IMG/VR virus record: IMGVR_UViG_3300027973_000031
Span: 47,589-111,588 of that record
DNA length: 64,000 nucleotides
Origin: a virus
Lineage: Duplodnaviria > Caudoviricetes
Reading direction: 5' to 3' (one strand)
The notes under the pieces are model-generated. The model was not told the origin of the DNA, searched no databases, and was given only the letters and a program-made list of their open reading frames with translations. Positions within the stretch are counted from its first letter, which is position 1; each line of letters begins with the position of its first letter. Positions 39,382 through 48,570 of the stretch are shown one piece after another. The translations under genes and the position numbers were made by a program.

Positions 39382-39798
39382 ATGTTAGCAATGTATTCTT
39401 CTGTGTTAAAGAAAGAAAAGTTTATGCAAAGGTTATCTGAAGATGCAGTAGAATCTTCCTCTGTTGCAAATGATTTAACTTGTGATTTAAAAAGTCTTGC
39501 AGTTAATTCATCAGAAGGAAGGTTAGATGTTTGTCTGGAACAGGTCAAGAGTGCAGAAGATAACTTAAAAATTCTAAATGCTTTGGTAAATAATCTACGT
39601 CAGAATTTAGAAGGCTACGTTAGCACGCTTGTTCCTACAGAACAAAAAGAAAATAAACAAGAACAAGAAGAAGAAAAACAAGAGGCAAGACAACCAGCTG
39701 TAATGGGACCAGCTCCAGATGAAAAACAACTTTCTGATATCATGAACATGATTAAAACTCTTAAAGAACTAAAAGAATCAATCCCGAATGAAAGATAA
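39382..39798 (+). CDS. Hypothetical protein
   Basis: GGAGG RBS; coiled-coil character. Confidence 0.55.
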   Translation: MLAMYSSVLKKEKFMQRLSEDAVESSSVANDLTCDLKSLAVNSSEGRLDVCLEQVKSAEDNLKILNALVNNLRQNLEGYVSTLVPTEQKENKQEQEEEKQEARQPAVMGPAPDEKQLSDIMNMIKTLKELKESIPNER

Positions 39799-40117
39799 AA
39801 AAAAGTTTAAGCTAGAAAGAAAAATTGTTGAAGAGGTTTACGAAACACTCAAGAGCTATTTAACAAGATCTAAACAATTAATAGCTTTTATAGAAACAGA
39901 GAACAAAGAAGAACAGTATACATCTAATTTACTTATTCTATATTGTAATTCTATATTAAATTATATGTTTGAACTTGATAAGTTATTGCTTGAAAACGGA
40001 AGTCATTACTTAGTAACTGCCGATTTAGTAGAAAAATTAAACAAGCACAAAAAAGTCCTGGTAGAATTAGAAGAACAATTTAACAATAATACCAGATACA
40101 GCTTAAAGGTCCATTAA
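39788..40117 (+). CDS. Hypothetical protein
   Basis: Coupled ORF, 109 aa. Confidence 0.5.
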   Translation: MKDKKKFKLERKIVEEVYETLKSYLTRSKQLIAFIETENKEEQYTSNLLILYCNSILNYMFELDKLLLENGSHYLVTADLVEKLNKHKKVLVELEEQFNNNTRYSLKVH

Positions 40118-40467
40118 TGGATTATAGATTAATAATTTACGGGCTACTGCTTGGTGCTGTAGCCCATTCTATTTCTTGGTTCGGCATGAACTCTCAGTTT
40201 ATTTGGGAGTTCTGGAAGAATAAACCATTTATGGCAGCACTGTTATTTGGTTTACCATCTAACATCGTATTCTGGTTTGCATCAAAGTACGTTAGAGAAG
40301 GAACTCATAGTATTTGGCACGTTAGATGGTTGTTATTTGTTATGAGTTTCCCTCCAATGTTTCTGCTGACTACAACAATGCTTGGAGATTCATTCTTAAA
40401 CACAAGAAATATTTTAACTTTATTATTTGCAATTTGTATTATTATAACTCAATTTTTTTATAGGTGA
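40117..40467 (+). CDS. Four-TM membrane protein (DMT/SMR-like)
   Basis: Four hydrophobic segments in 116 aa. Confidence 0.55.
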   Translation: MDYRLIIYGLLLGAVAHSISWFGMNSQFIWEFWKNKPFMAALLFGLPSNIVFWFASKYVREGTHSIWHVRWLLFVMSFPPMFLLTTTMLGDSFLNTRNILTLLFAICIIITQFFYR

Positions 40468-40471
40468 TAAA

Positions 40472-41209
40472 ATGTTTAGATTTTTGGTTATCCTGGCAAT
40501 TATGTTTCCGAATTTTGCTTATGGTTATGAGTGTTCAAGAGAAATTGACTTAGCAGCAACTCAAACAGGAATTCAATTCTATTGTAGAGTAAGCTCTATT
40601 CCTTATATGGCATCAAATATTAATGCAGAAAACGCTCCTCAAACAATGATTAATGATGTTGAGTATCCATTAAAAGTGTTTGTAGATTCTTATAATAAGG
40701 AATTCTTGAAACGATTTGCAAAAAGTATAAATTTAGTTTATAACTTAACTTATAACAACTCAAAAGTTGGTGGGCTAAGTAATGGAAGTGTTGTTTACAT
40801 TAATTTAAATGATTATTCATATGACTATAAAAATACATTTTACTCAAGAGCATTAAATCATGAATTTTCTAGCAATCTTTACAGAGCGTTATCTTACAAA
40901 GAAAAAAATGAATGGATGAAAATTTCAAATTCTTATGATTCCTCAGAAGAATATATGTCAAAATGTTTAACAAATGGAACGTTTTATAGACAAAATGATA
41001 AAAATATCCTTAAAGCAGGATTTTTATCCTACTATGCTCTTACAAATCCAGAAAACGACTTCAATGTTTATGCAGAAAGACTTTTTGGAAAGGATAATAA
41101 TCTAAAAAACTATGCACAAAATTATCCAAAAGTTAAAGCCAAGCTTGAATTAATGAAAAAATTCTATAGAACTTATGGGTTTACTAAAAATTTTCCTGAC
41201 GAGACTTGA
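40472..41209 (+). CDS. Secreted zincin-like protein
   Basis: Signal peptide; LNHEFSS (HExxH missing the second His) and YA.TNPENDFN.YAE. Confidence 0.55.
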   Translation: MFRFLVILAIMFPNFAYGYECSREIDLAATQTGIQFYCRVSSIPYMASNINAENAPQTMINDVEYPLKVFVDSYNKEFLKRFAKSINLVYNLTYNNSKVGGLSNGSVVYINLNDYSYDYKNTFYSRALNHEFSSNLYRALSYKEKNEWMKISNSYDSSEEYMSKCLTNGTFYRQNDKNILKAGFLSYYALTNPENDFNVYAERLFGKDNNLKNYAQNYPKVKAKLELMKKFYRTYGFTKNFPDET

Positions 41210-41234
41210 CAGACTACTACTACCATCCTACTAT
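41206..41234 (+). promoter_or_regulatory. Sigma70-type promoter
   Basis: TTGACA-N17-TACTAT upstream of Hsp20. Confidence 0.55.
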
Positions 41235-41282
41235 ACCACCACTACCCCCTTGTGGGGCATAACAATGGAGGAAATTTAGAGA

Positions 41283-41636
41283 ATGTTTTACCCTTATACT
41301 TACACAGATACTCTTTTAGATCGTATGTTTGAATTGGATGCAAAATATAACAAGCTTAGATTTGTTGATAAAGGAGATTTCTACTCCCTTACTACACCAC
41401 TAACAGGCGCAAGAAAAGAAGATGTGCATGTGCTTGTAAAAGAAAACTCACAGCTCACTCTTTCTTATAATCCAAAAGAGAAGAACCCATACACTCCATC
41501 ATTTACAAACAATTGGAGTCTTGATGGGGTTGATACAGAAAATATTGTAGCTTCTCTCAACAATGGATTGCTAACGGTAGTTGTTCCTAAATCTAAACCT
41601 GCTCAACCAAAAGTTAGAACTATTGAAGTTCTCTAA
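41283..41636 (+). CDS. Small heat-shock protein (Hsp20)
   Basis: GARKEDVHV and VDTENIVASLNNGLLTVVVPK. Confidence 0.85.
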   Translation: MFYPYTYTDTLLDRMFELDAKYNKLRFVDKGDFYSLTTPLTGARKEDVHVLVKENSQLTLSYNPKEKNPYTPSFTNNWSLDGVDTENIVASLNNGLLTVVVPKSKPAQPKVRTIEVL

Positions 41637-41700
41637 GTAAACAACATCATACTTATTGTAAAGGAGGGAAGGGAAGTTAACAGCTTCCCTTCTGTATAAA

Positions 41701-42063
41701 ATGAAAGGTTCAATCTGGGTTTATGCCAAAGGCAAAGATACAATCAAATACTACTTCCAAGTGGATGGAATTAAAAGAGGTAACTTTACAAAAGTTATCG
41801 ATCCAGTTTTTAAGGGCTGGACAGAAATCGCTTCTGGTGTAAACTATAAGCAGGCTACGGAAACTTTAATCTTTTCTAAACCATTTACATCTGATGAAGA
41901 AATGATTTCTTGGGTAAAAAGCACAATCAGCTTTCCAACAATTTACAACAAATGTAATGCGAAATGCACAGTTAAAGTCCTCGTAGCCGATAAAGACGAG
42001 GTTAAGAATGAAAAGCCAGCAGCCAAAAGTCGGGGAGTTCGTAAGAGTAAAACTACGGCGTAG
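41701..42063 (+). CDS. Hypothetical protein
   Basis: 120 aa ORF. Confidence 0.55.
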   Translation: MKGSIWVYAKGKDTIKYYFQVDGIKRGNFTKVIDPVFKGWTEIASGVNYKQATETLIFSKPFTSDEEMISWVKSTISFPTIYNKCNAKCTVKVLVADKDEVKNEKPAAKSRGVRKSKTTA

Positions 42064-42217
42064 TATTCGTCCTCTTGAATTCAGGAGCTTTACTTGTGAA
42101 GGTTTGGTTACTTCAACCCTGTTTGACACAAACTTCGAAGTGTCGTATATTGAAGATGAGAAGCCGATCTCTCACTGGTTTAACTTGAACGATATTTCCT
42201 CCTTAGAGGTTTTATGA
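42008..42217 (+). CDS. Small SH3/KOW-like hypothetical protein
   Basis: PKVGEFVRV pattern. Confidence 0.4.
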   Translation: MKSQQPKVGEFVRVKLRRSIRPLEFRSFTCEGLVTSTLFDTNFEVSYIEDEKPISHWFNLNDISSLEVL

Positions 42218-42435
42218 TTAAATGTGAAAATTGTGTATACTTTAAAAGCATGATGGCTAATTCTGCCCAAGGGATTGGCACTTGCATTCGATACGCTCCA
42301 AGATCAGGTGATGTCCAAACTGGTGGATACTGGCCATTTGTTTACTTTGATCAAGCCTGCGGAGAATTTGTTTCCAAAATTGATTCATATGATTATTTTT
42401 CCCATTATGAGTTTAATGATGAATGTTCAGAATAA
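42214..42435 (+). CDS. Small Cys-rich protein
   Basis: C..C.YF...G.C.RYAP...WP.V....CGEF. Confidence 0.6.
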   Translation: MIKCENCVYFKSMMANSAQGIGTCIRYAPRSGDVQTGGYWPFVYFDQACGEFVSKIDSYDYFSHYEFNDECSE

Positions 42436-42937
42436 GTATGCAGAGTGGTCAGTTGATTTGATTAAAGAAGATGTGCAGAGAAACACCCTCGCGTATGCGT
42501 GCTTAATGTCGCATGTCGAGGGTGATTTCAATATGTCCACGGCTGTAAGAAACGCTAATGCTTTCGGCTGCAAAGAGCTATTCTATTTTGGTGGGAAGCG
42601 ATGGGACAAAAGAGGTTCTGTTGGCACCCATCATTATAGTTTGGTTACACATTTGAAGGACATGGACGAAATCAAAGCACTGAAATCTCAATACAGATTC
42701 GTTGCAATCGAATGCAACATTGAAAGAAACTGTGTGTCTCTGTTCGATTATAAGATTCAGCCAAACACACTCTTCATCTTTGGTGAAGAATCAAAGGGAT
42801 TGAGCGATGAAATGCTGGACTTGTGTGATGATTACGTGTTTATTCCTATGGTTGGATCAGTTAGAAGCTTAAATGTTGGCACAGCGAGTGGGATTTTGAT
42901 GTCAGAAGCGATGAAATCGATTTCGCATACTATTTAG
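42419..42937 (+). CDS. SpoU/TrmH-family RNA 2'-O-methyltransferase
   Basis: N....VRNANAFG, FIFGEESKGLS and IPMVGSVRSLNV..A. Confidence 0.9.
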   Translation: MNVQNKYAEWSVDLIKEDVQRNTLAYACLMSHVEGDFNMSTAVRNANAFGCKELFYFGGKRWDKRGSVGTHHYSLVTHLKDMDEIKALKSQYRFVAIECNIERNCVSLFDYKIQPNTLFIFGEESKGLSDEMLDLCDDYVFIPMVGSVRSLNVGTASGILMSEAMKSISHTI

Positions 42938-42957
42938 TAATAGCAAGGAGATCGATA

Positions 42958-44031
42958 ATGTACCAAAAACTATTTGAGAGTTGGAGAAAGTACCAAAAAG
43001 TAATTAAAGAAGACGTAATGCAGTATCAAGAATACGGCTCTTCTTTCAAAGAGATGAGAGAACTAATCAAAGATGTGTCCGGTAAGACATGGATTTTCTT
43101 TGATACAGAAACAACCGGACTTTCGGCTGAAAAAGATTTTCACCAAGTTACTCAAATAGCAGCAATTGCTGTTGACGTTAAAAACTTTGATGCAGAACCA
43201 GAAATTTTAGAGAAATTTAACGTAAAAATCCAATTAGGTCAAAGAACTCGTGGCTTTATGGATTGGGATCGTAGAAAGAAGGCAGAGAAACTAGCCGCCG
43301 CCCGTGCTGGTGGGGTAGAGGTAGCCCCTGGTATTAAGCGTGTAAGACAAGAACCAGATAAATTTAAAGGCATTTCTGATATTTTCTCTATGACACAATA
43401 TGGTGTATCAAGAGATCCAGAAAAAGCAAAAAGAAAAGCATTCTTACAAGCAAAAGAAATGCCTGGAAAAGAAAACATCTCGATGGAAGAAGTACCAGAA
43501 GCAGCTCCATTTATGAGAATGATTCCGGCACTAAAGCAATTCAATGAGTTCTTGGACAGATATCCAGATAGAGTTATGGTCGCACAAAATGCTCCATTCG
43601 ATAATGGATTCTTAAATAATATGTATCAAAGAATTGGTGAAACAGCTCCCGATGACATTGTTGTTGATACAGTTATGATCTTTAGAAAGTTCTTAACTCC
43701 TGCCCTTAAAATGTTTAAGGCAAATAGAGAAGCAGGACAAGAACTAAGTCCAGAAGATGCAAAGATTCTTGATGCTCTAACATCAGATAAGGGTAAGCTA
43801 ACTGTATCCCTAGGAAAGATTATTAAGGCATTTGACGTAGAAAACAAAGGCTGGCATGATGCTCTTGCCGATGTAACAATGCTTTTGGATGTTCTAAAAG
43901 CAGTTATTAATTTCTTGGATGTTCGTACCGATCTAGCTTCACTAGAGCCAGAACCAAAACCAGAACCAAGAGTTAAGAAAACTAGCAGTCAATTAAATTT
44001 GCCAGAACCAAAACCTTCTGACATTGGCTAG
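42958..44031 (+). CDS. DEDDh 3'-5' exonuclease (DnaQ-like)
   Basis: FFDTETTG, AQNAPFD and WHDALAD; ACTATTTA at 42929; leader KLFESWRKY. Confidence 0.85.
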   Translation: MYQKLFESWRKYQKVIKEDVMQYQEYGSSFKEMRELIKDVSGKTWIFFDTETTGLSAEKDFHQVTQIAAIAVDVKNFDAEPEILEKFNVKIQLGQRTRGFMDWDRRKKAEKLAAARAGGVEVAPGIKRVRQEPDKFKGISDIFSMTQYGVSRDPEKAKRKAFLQAKEMPGKENISMEEVPEAAPFMRMIPALKQFNEFLDRYPDRVMVAQNAPFDNGFLNNMYQRIGETAPDDIVVDTVMIFRKFLTPALKMFKANREAGQELSPEDAKILDALTSDKGKLTVSLGKIIKAFDVENKGWHDALADVTMLLDVLKAVINFLDVRTDLASLEPEPKPEPRVKKTSSQLNLPEPKPSDIG

Positions 44032-44044
44032 TTTATAATCCAGC

Positions 44045-44105
44045 TTGACACATTCTAACCTCTCCTGTACACTGTAGCCCTAGACAGTCGAGACAGGAGA
44101 GGTTA
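44045..44105 (+). promoter_or_regulatory. Sigma70 promoter with RBS-occluding hairpin
   Basis: TTGACA-N17-TACACT; perfect 13-bp TAACCTCTCCTGT/ACAGGAGAGGTTA stem covering the SD. Confidence 0.75.
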
Positions 44106-44419
44106 TGAATTTTAGAGAGATATTCGAAAATAGAAAAAAAGAATTTCACCAGAAAGTTAAACAAGAAATCTTGGATGAACTCAACGAAGTATCAGGAAAG
44201 AATACACGTTGGGGCTGGACTTATGAGGACGGCTATTTCTCTTGCCAAGTAAAAGATCAAGATACCTTGGTAATTTTAAAGAGTGATTTCGAACCATACA
44301 TTTTTGACTCGCTTGCAGTTTTACCTGCAGTGGGGCATCCTCTAGAGTATGAAGTCCAATCTGCCAAGGAGGCAGGGGATTCAGTTAACGACTTAGTGAA
44401 TCAAGAGATCGAGGATTAA
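44105..44419 (+). CDS. Hypothetical protein
   Basis: Promoter and RBS present. Confidence 0.6.
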   Translation: MNFREIFENRKKEFHQKVKQEILDELNEVSGKNTRWGWTYEDGYFSCQVKDQDTLVILKSDFEPYIFDSLAVLPAVGHPLEYEVQSAKEAGDSVNDLVNQEIED

Positions 44420-44420
44420 A

Positions 44421-45212
44421 ATGGCATTCAAGAAACGAAAGGCACGGTGCGGTTATTGTTGGCAAGAGGGGCACAATCGCACTTCGTGCCCCAAAATGAA
44501 GACGGAAGCGGCTGCTGGCGATTCATACGCCCAGCGTTCTTTGGAGCGGGCTGCGGTTAAGCAGTGCTCGTATTGCAGCGGAACGGATCACAACAAGGCA
44601 ACTTGCGAAAGAAAGTTTGGTGATGACAGACGCGACGCTCTCTGTCAGTGGGAAGGTTTGACCGCTGCCATTAACATTGTTAAGCGCAAGAAGATTGGCG
44701 CGGGTGCGTTCATTTACGGTCCAGTGATGCACCGCTGGAACTCTGCACCAAGAAATAATGCTGATGGTCAACCCAATAACTATGACATGGTAAACTACAC
44801 AATCAAAGAGTTTACGTTGACTGGAAATTCTGCTGTATCAGAATTCGAAGGTGTGTATACTTTTGAGACTCTGGCTGAACCATCAGTTGGAAATTATTTC
44901 AAGGGAACGGTTCCTCTTTCTGGTTTGAGCAGAGAGATTTCCAATACTCCTGATTCGATCGGTAGATCGGAATGGTTCCGTCGTAATGATGCTCGCTATG
45001 ATTATGATTCTCGTCAGATTCTGATTGAGAACTTCAATGTGCTTCTTGAAGCATCGGAAGAAGAAGTAAACAAAGCTGTTGCACATCTGCAATCGCAGAA
45101 GCCTATGATTGTTGATTACGAAGACATCAAGGAATACAACTCGGCAAAGCGCAAGCTTGCTGCCCAAAAGAAGAAAGACGAAGCGAAGGAGAACAATTCA
45201 TGGCAGGACTAA
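44421..45212 (+). CDS. Double CCHC zinc-knuckle protein
   Basis: CGYCWQEGHNRTSC and CSYCSGTDHNKATC. Confidence 0.75.
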   Translation: MAFKKRKARCGYCWQEGHNRTSCPKMKTEAAAGDSYAQRSLERAAVKQCSYCSGTDHNKATCERKFGDDRRDALCQWEGLTAAINIVKRKKIGAGAFIYGPVMHRWNSAPRNNADGQPNNYDMVNYTIKEFTLTGNSAVSEFEGVYTFETLAEPSVGNYFKGTVPLSGLSREISNTPDSIGRSEWFRRNDARYDYDSRQILIENFNVLLEASEEEVNKAVAHLQSQKPMIVDYEDIKEYNSAKRKLAAQKKKDEAKENNSWQD

Positions 45213-45904
45213 AAACTAAATGGGATACGTGTACTTGGTGTCATCTTGGTGGACATGATGCCTCTCAATGTACTAGGCTCACTGACTCTGTAAAGAAAGG
45301 TCAGATCAGAGCTATCAAGTTCCATAGGAAGATTACCACAGGTGGAAGGGTATGTGGGTACTGCGCAGAGGATAATCATAGCAGTCCAAATTGTCCCAAG
45401 AGATTTGATGATGCCAAGTATATGTATGCCAAGCAAAAGCAGGTTGCAGATGCAGCCTTTGCTTGGCTGCATGAGATTGGGTTTGGTCCTGGCACAATGC
45501 TTTCTGCAATGGCAGCTGAATCTTCGTGGAGAGCACACGGTAAAGATCAGAAGATGGTAATCATCGAAGACTTTAACGACAGAACTGCGACATCTTTCTT
45601 GCAAGAGCTTATGCACGGCACGACAAGAAACTGGTATCAAGTTACAGCCGTGGATACTGCTTGTGAGAAAATTCGTAGGATTTACTTGCCGTTCCATCCA
45701 GTTTACTCTCCGCGTCCAACCTCAATGAAAGTTGAGATTGTGCATAGAGCAACTCCAGAAGAGATTGACAAACTGAAACAACACGTTGAATGTTATGCAA
45801 GTCCGCTTCTGGAATACAGTTCTGCTGAAGAATTCTTTGATGCTGGTTTCCGTTTTGAAGCTGGACAATCAAAGATGGTCAAGGTCAAAAGAATTCACAG
45901 TTGA
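45200..45904 (+). CDS. Double CCHC zinc-knuckle protein (paralog)
   Basis: CTWCHLGGHDASQC and CGYCAEDNHSSPNC. Confidence 0.75.
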   Translation: MAGLKTKWDTCTWCHLGGHDASQCTRLTDSVKKGQIRAIKFHRKITTGGRVCGYCAEDNHSSPNCPKRFDDAKYMYAKQKQVADAAFAWLHEIGFGPGTMLSAMAAESSWRAHGKDQKMVIIEDFNDRTATSFLQELMHGTTRNWYQVTAVDTACEKIRRIYLPFHPVYSPRPTSMKVEIVHRATPEEIDKLKQHVECYASPLLEYSSAEEFFDAGFRFEAGQSKMVKVKRIHS

Positions 45905-45929
45905 CAGCAAATGTCAGGTGGGCTATTCT
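45901..45929 (+). promoter_or_regulatory. Sigma70-type promoter
   Basis: TTGACA-N17-TATTCT. Confidence 0.6.
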
Positions 45930-45995
45930 AACTAGGTCAAAAGGACAGAGGGCAGTTCGATACGGTTTCGTTCTGCCTCCTGTTCTAAACCGTGC

Positions 45996-46024
45996 TTGAC
46001 GAGATCGTTTGAGCGCGGTATGAT
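45996..46024 (+). promoter_or_regulatory. Sigma70-type promoter
   Basis: TTGACG-N17-TATGAT. Confidence 0.7.
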
Positions 46025-46087
46025 GTGGGTGTCTTGAGCGGTTCAAGGCACTTCAACTTGGTTCCTAATTATTCTGAGGTTACTATC

Positions 46088-47155
46088 ATGGCTACTATTT
46101 CTTTCGGTACTTTCAACGCTATCGTGGACGCTATCGCTGACGCTCGCTTCCCCGTTCTGATTCGTGGTCGTCACGGTATCGGTAAGTCGCAACTCATTTA
46201 CCAGTTCGCTGGTCGTCGTTCTCTCGATGTGATTGAGCGTCGTGCTTCGCAGATGACGGAAGGCGATCTCATCGGTCTGCCTACTCTGGAACAGCGCACT
46301 ACGGCTCTGGTTACCAAGTGGGCTGCGTCTGACTGGTTCCAAGATGCTTGCGAGCGTGCCGTTGTTCTGTTCTTCGACGAGGTTGACCGTGGTGCGATGG
46401 AAGTTCGCCAAGGTCTGTTCGAATTGATGGATAGCCGTAAGCTGGCTGGTAAGCACTTGCACGCTGATACGCTGATGTTTGCCGCTGTCAACGGTGGTAT
46501 TCACGGTGCCAACTATCAAGTTTCGGACATGGACGTTGCCGAGCTTGACCGTTACACGACTTTCGATGTCGAGCCGACCGTTGAGGATTGGCTGACGTGG
46601 GCTAAGGATAACGTCGCTGGCGAAGTGTGGGACTTTATCAACAACAACCGTGGTCACTTGGAGCACACCGATACGTTTGAGCCGAACAAGAAGTATCCTT
46701 CTCGTCGTTCTTGGGCGCGTGCTTCGACTGCAATCAGCAAGGGCAAGATGCTTGAGAAGGGTGCAACTCCCGAACTCCAAGCAATCGTTCAGGGTTTCGT
46801 CGGGTTCGAGGCTTCGACTGCGTTCACCGACTTCATTCGCAACTATGACCGTCAGGTTAAGGTTGAGGATGTTCTGAATGGTAAGGCTCTCAAGATGACC
46901 AAGAAGTTCTCGTTGAACGAACACCTCGCTCTGATCGAGAAGCTTGGCGCGAGCAAGTGCTTCGATAAGCAGCTTGGTGCGGACGAAGCCAAGAATGTTG
47001 CCGAGTACTACGTCAACCTGCCTTCCGAGGCTGCGACCAAGATTGCTGGTATCTTCGGCAAGCTCAACAACCCGCTGATCATGAAGCAGAATACGAGCAA
47101 GGGTCTCGCCTCGCTGTACGCGGTTCAGATCCTGACTGGTAAGAAGGTCAGCTAG
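46088..47155 (+). CDS. MoxR-like AAA+ ATPase
   Basis: GRHGIGKS, LFFDEVDR, FAAVN, ELDRY and PSRRSW. Confidence 0.85.
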   Translation: MATISFGTFNAIVDAIADARFPVLIRGRHGIGKSQLIYQFAGRRSLDVIERRASQMTEGDLIGLPTLEQRTTALVTKWAASDWFQDACERAVVLFFDEVDRGAMEVRQGLFELMDSRKLAGKHLHADTLMFAAVNGGIHGANYQVSDMDVAELDRYTTFDVEPTVEDWLTWAKDNVAGEVWDFINNNRGHLEHTDTFEPNKKYPSRRSWARASTAISKGKMLEKGATPELQAIVQGFVGFEASTAFTDFIRNYDRQVKVEDVLNGKALKMTKKFSLNEHLALIEKLGASKCFDKQLGADEAKNVAEYYVNLPSEAATKIAGIFGKLNNPLIMKQNTSKGLASLYAVQILTGKKVS

Positions 47156-47251
47156 TCGGTAATAGGTAATCAAGTTGTGTGCCACCTTGACAGGAAACTG
47201 CTGGGGTGGCACACTCCTATCATGTTCAACCCTCCACCTCACAGGTGTACT

Positions 47252-48487
47252 ATGGCTTACGATCTTAATATTGACATTGCCCGTTTGCTCAAAGATGAGC
47301 CTTTCTTCGCAGCCCTTTCTCGTCGTATCGAGAAGATTTCCACTACGTCCATTCCTACTGCTGGCGTCGGTCTAAACCGCGAAGCTATGCAGTATGAGTT
47401 TCTTTACAATCCAGCGTTCTTCGAGAAGCTTACCGAGGCACAGCGTCGTGGTGTAATCATCCACGAGTTCTATCACTTGGTTTTCCGTCACGTTGCTAAT
47501 CGTCGCCCTGCTCAGGTTATTCGTGAGCCTGAGAAGTATTTCAAGTTGTGGAACATCGCAGCCGACTTGTCAATCAATTGTCTGATTGGTGCCGCCAATC
47601 TGCCCGAGAATTGCTGTATTCCTGGTGGTAAGTCCTTTGAGGATTTCCCCTCGATGGAATCTGCTGAGTTCTACTTCCGCAAGATCCTTGAGAAGGTAGA
47701 GAACGATCCGAATGGTGGTGGTGGCGACGGTGATGGTGTCGATGGTTCTGGTCAGTTTGACGATCATGGTAATTGGGCGGAAGGTTCCGGTGACGGAATG
47801 GAAGCCGAGACTGCCAACGAGCGTGTCAAGGAATACTTGAAGGAAGCTGCTGAGAAGGCTGATTCCAAGGGTTGGGGTACCATGACCAGCAAGACCCGCG
47901 AGGAAATCCGTAAGTTCCTTGAATCGTATGTTGACTGGCGCAAGGTTCTGCGTATGTTTATTGGTCGCGCCCAGCGTGCTGACAAGTCCAATACTCGTCG
48001 CAAGATCGACAAGCGCACTCACAATTACGCTCAGGGTATCGGCGTTGTGTCGGTTAACCCAGGTCGTAAGGTCAACAAGATCGCCAACATTGCAATCTCG
48101 ATTGACCAGTCTGGTTCTGTCGATGACGATTTGCTTGGCGCGTTCTACGCGGAACTCAATGGTCTTTCCAAAATGGCAACCTTCACCGTGATTCCGTTCG
48201 ATGATGCGGTTTTCGAGCAGAAGGTCTACGTTTGGAAGAAGGGTGACAAGCGTAAGCGTGAGCGTGTTCTTTGCGGCGGTACGAACTTTGATGCTCCGAC
48301 CAAGTATGTGAATGAGCGTAACTTTGACGGACACATCATCCTTACCGATATGTGTGCGCCAAAGCCGGTTGCATCCAAGAAGCAAAGAATGTGGATGACT
48401 TCTGCTCGTCACGCAAAGAGTCCTTATTACGATCCTCGTCCGAACGAGATGATGATTGTGATCGAGGAAAAGAAGAAGAACGGATAA
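47252..48487 (+). CDS. VWA-domain/HExxH metallopeptidase-like protein (DUF2201 type)
   Basis: IHEFYHL, WNIAADLSIN, MIDAS IDQSGSV, GGTNF and ILTD. Confidence 0.85.
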   Translation: MAYDLNIDIARLLKDEPFFAALSRRIEKISTTSIPTAGVGLNREAMQYEFLYNPAFFEKLTEAQRRGVIIHEFYHLVFRHVANRRPAQVIREPEKYFKLWNIAADLSINCLIGAANLPENCCIPGGKSFEDFPSMESAEFYFRKILEKVENDPNGGGGDGDGVDGSGQFDDHGNWAEGSGDGMEAETANERVKEYLKEAAEKADSKGWGTMTSKTREEIRKFLESYVDWRKVLRMFIGRAQRADKSNTRRKIDKRTHNYAQGIGVVSVNPGRKVNKIANIAISIDQSGSVDDDLLGAFYAELNGLSKMATFTVIPFDDAVFEQKVYVWKKGDKRKRERVLCGGTNFDAPTKYVNERNFDGHIILTDMCAPKPVASKKQRMWMTSARHAKSPYYDPRPNEMMIVIEEKKKNG

Positions 48488-48501
48488 ATCTTTTCTTCCC
48501 C

Positions 48502-48556
48502 GCTTGACTCCTAACGACACGTTGGCTATGCTATGTGTGTTGCTTGGGAGTCAAGC
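48502..48556 (+). promoter_or_regulatory. Sigma70 promoter forming one long hairpin centred on its -10 box
   Basis: TTGACT(48504)-N17-TATGCT; outer stem GCTTGACTCCTAA/TTGGGAGTCAAGC. Confidence 0.75.
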
Positions 48557-48570
48557 ATTCTGGTGATAAA

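Noticed and set aside
47187-47250. Internal promoter between AAA and VWA genes
   Set aside because: TTGACA is present and a hairpin (CTG.TGGGGTGG/CCACCTCA.CAG) fits the pattern, but the -10 (CACACT) is weak, so it was not called as a feature.
46043-48520. Long antisense ORFs (399 aa and 316 aa)
   Set aside because: They are shadows of the AAA and VWA genes: these genes avoid TTA/CTA/TCA codons, which removes antisense stops. No RBS, promoter or motif supports them.
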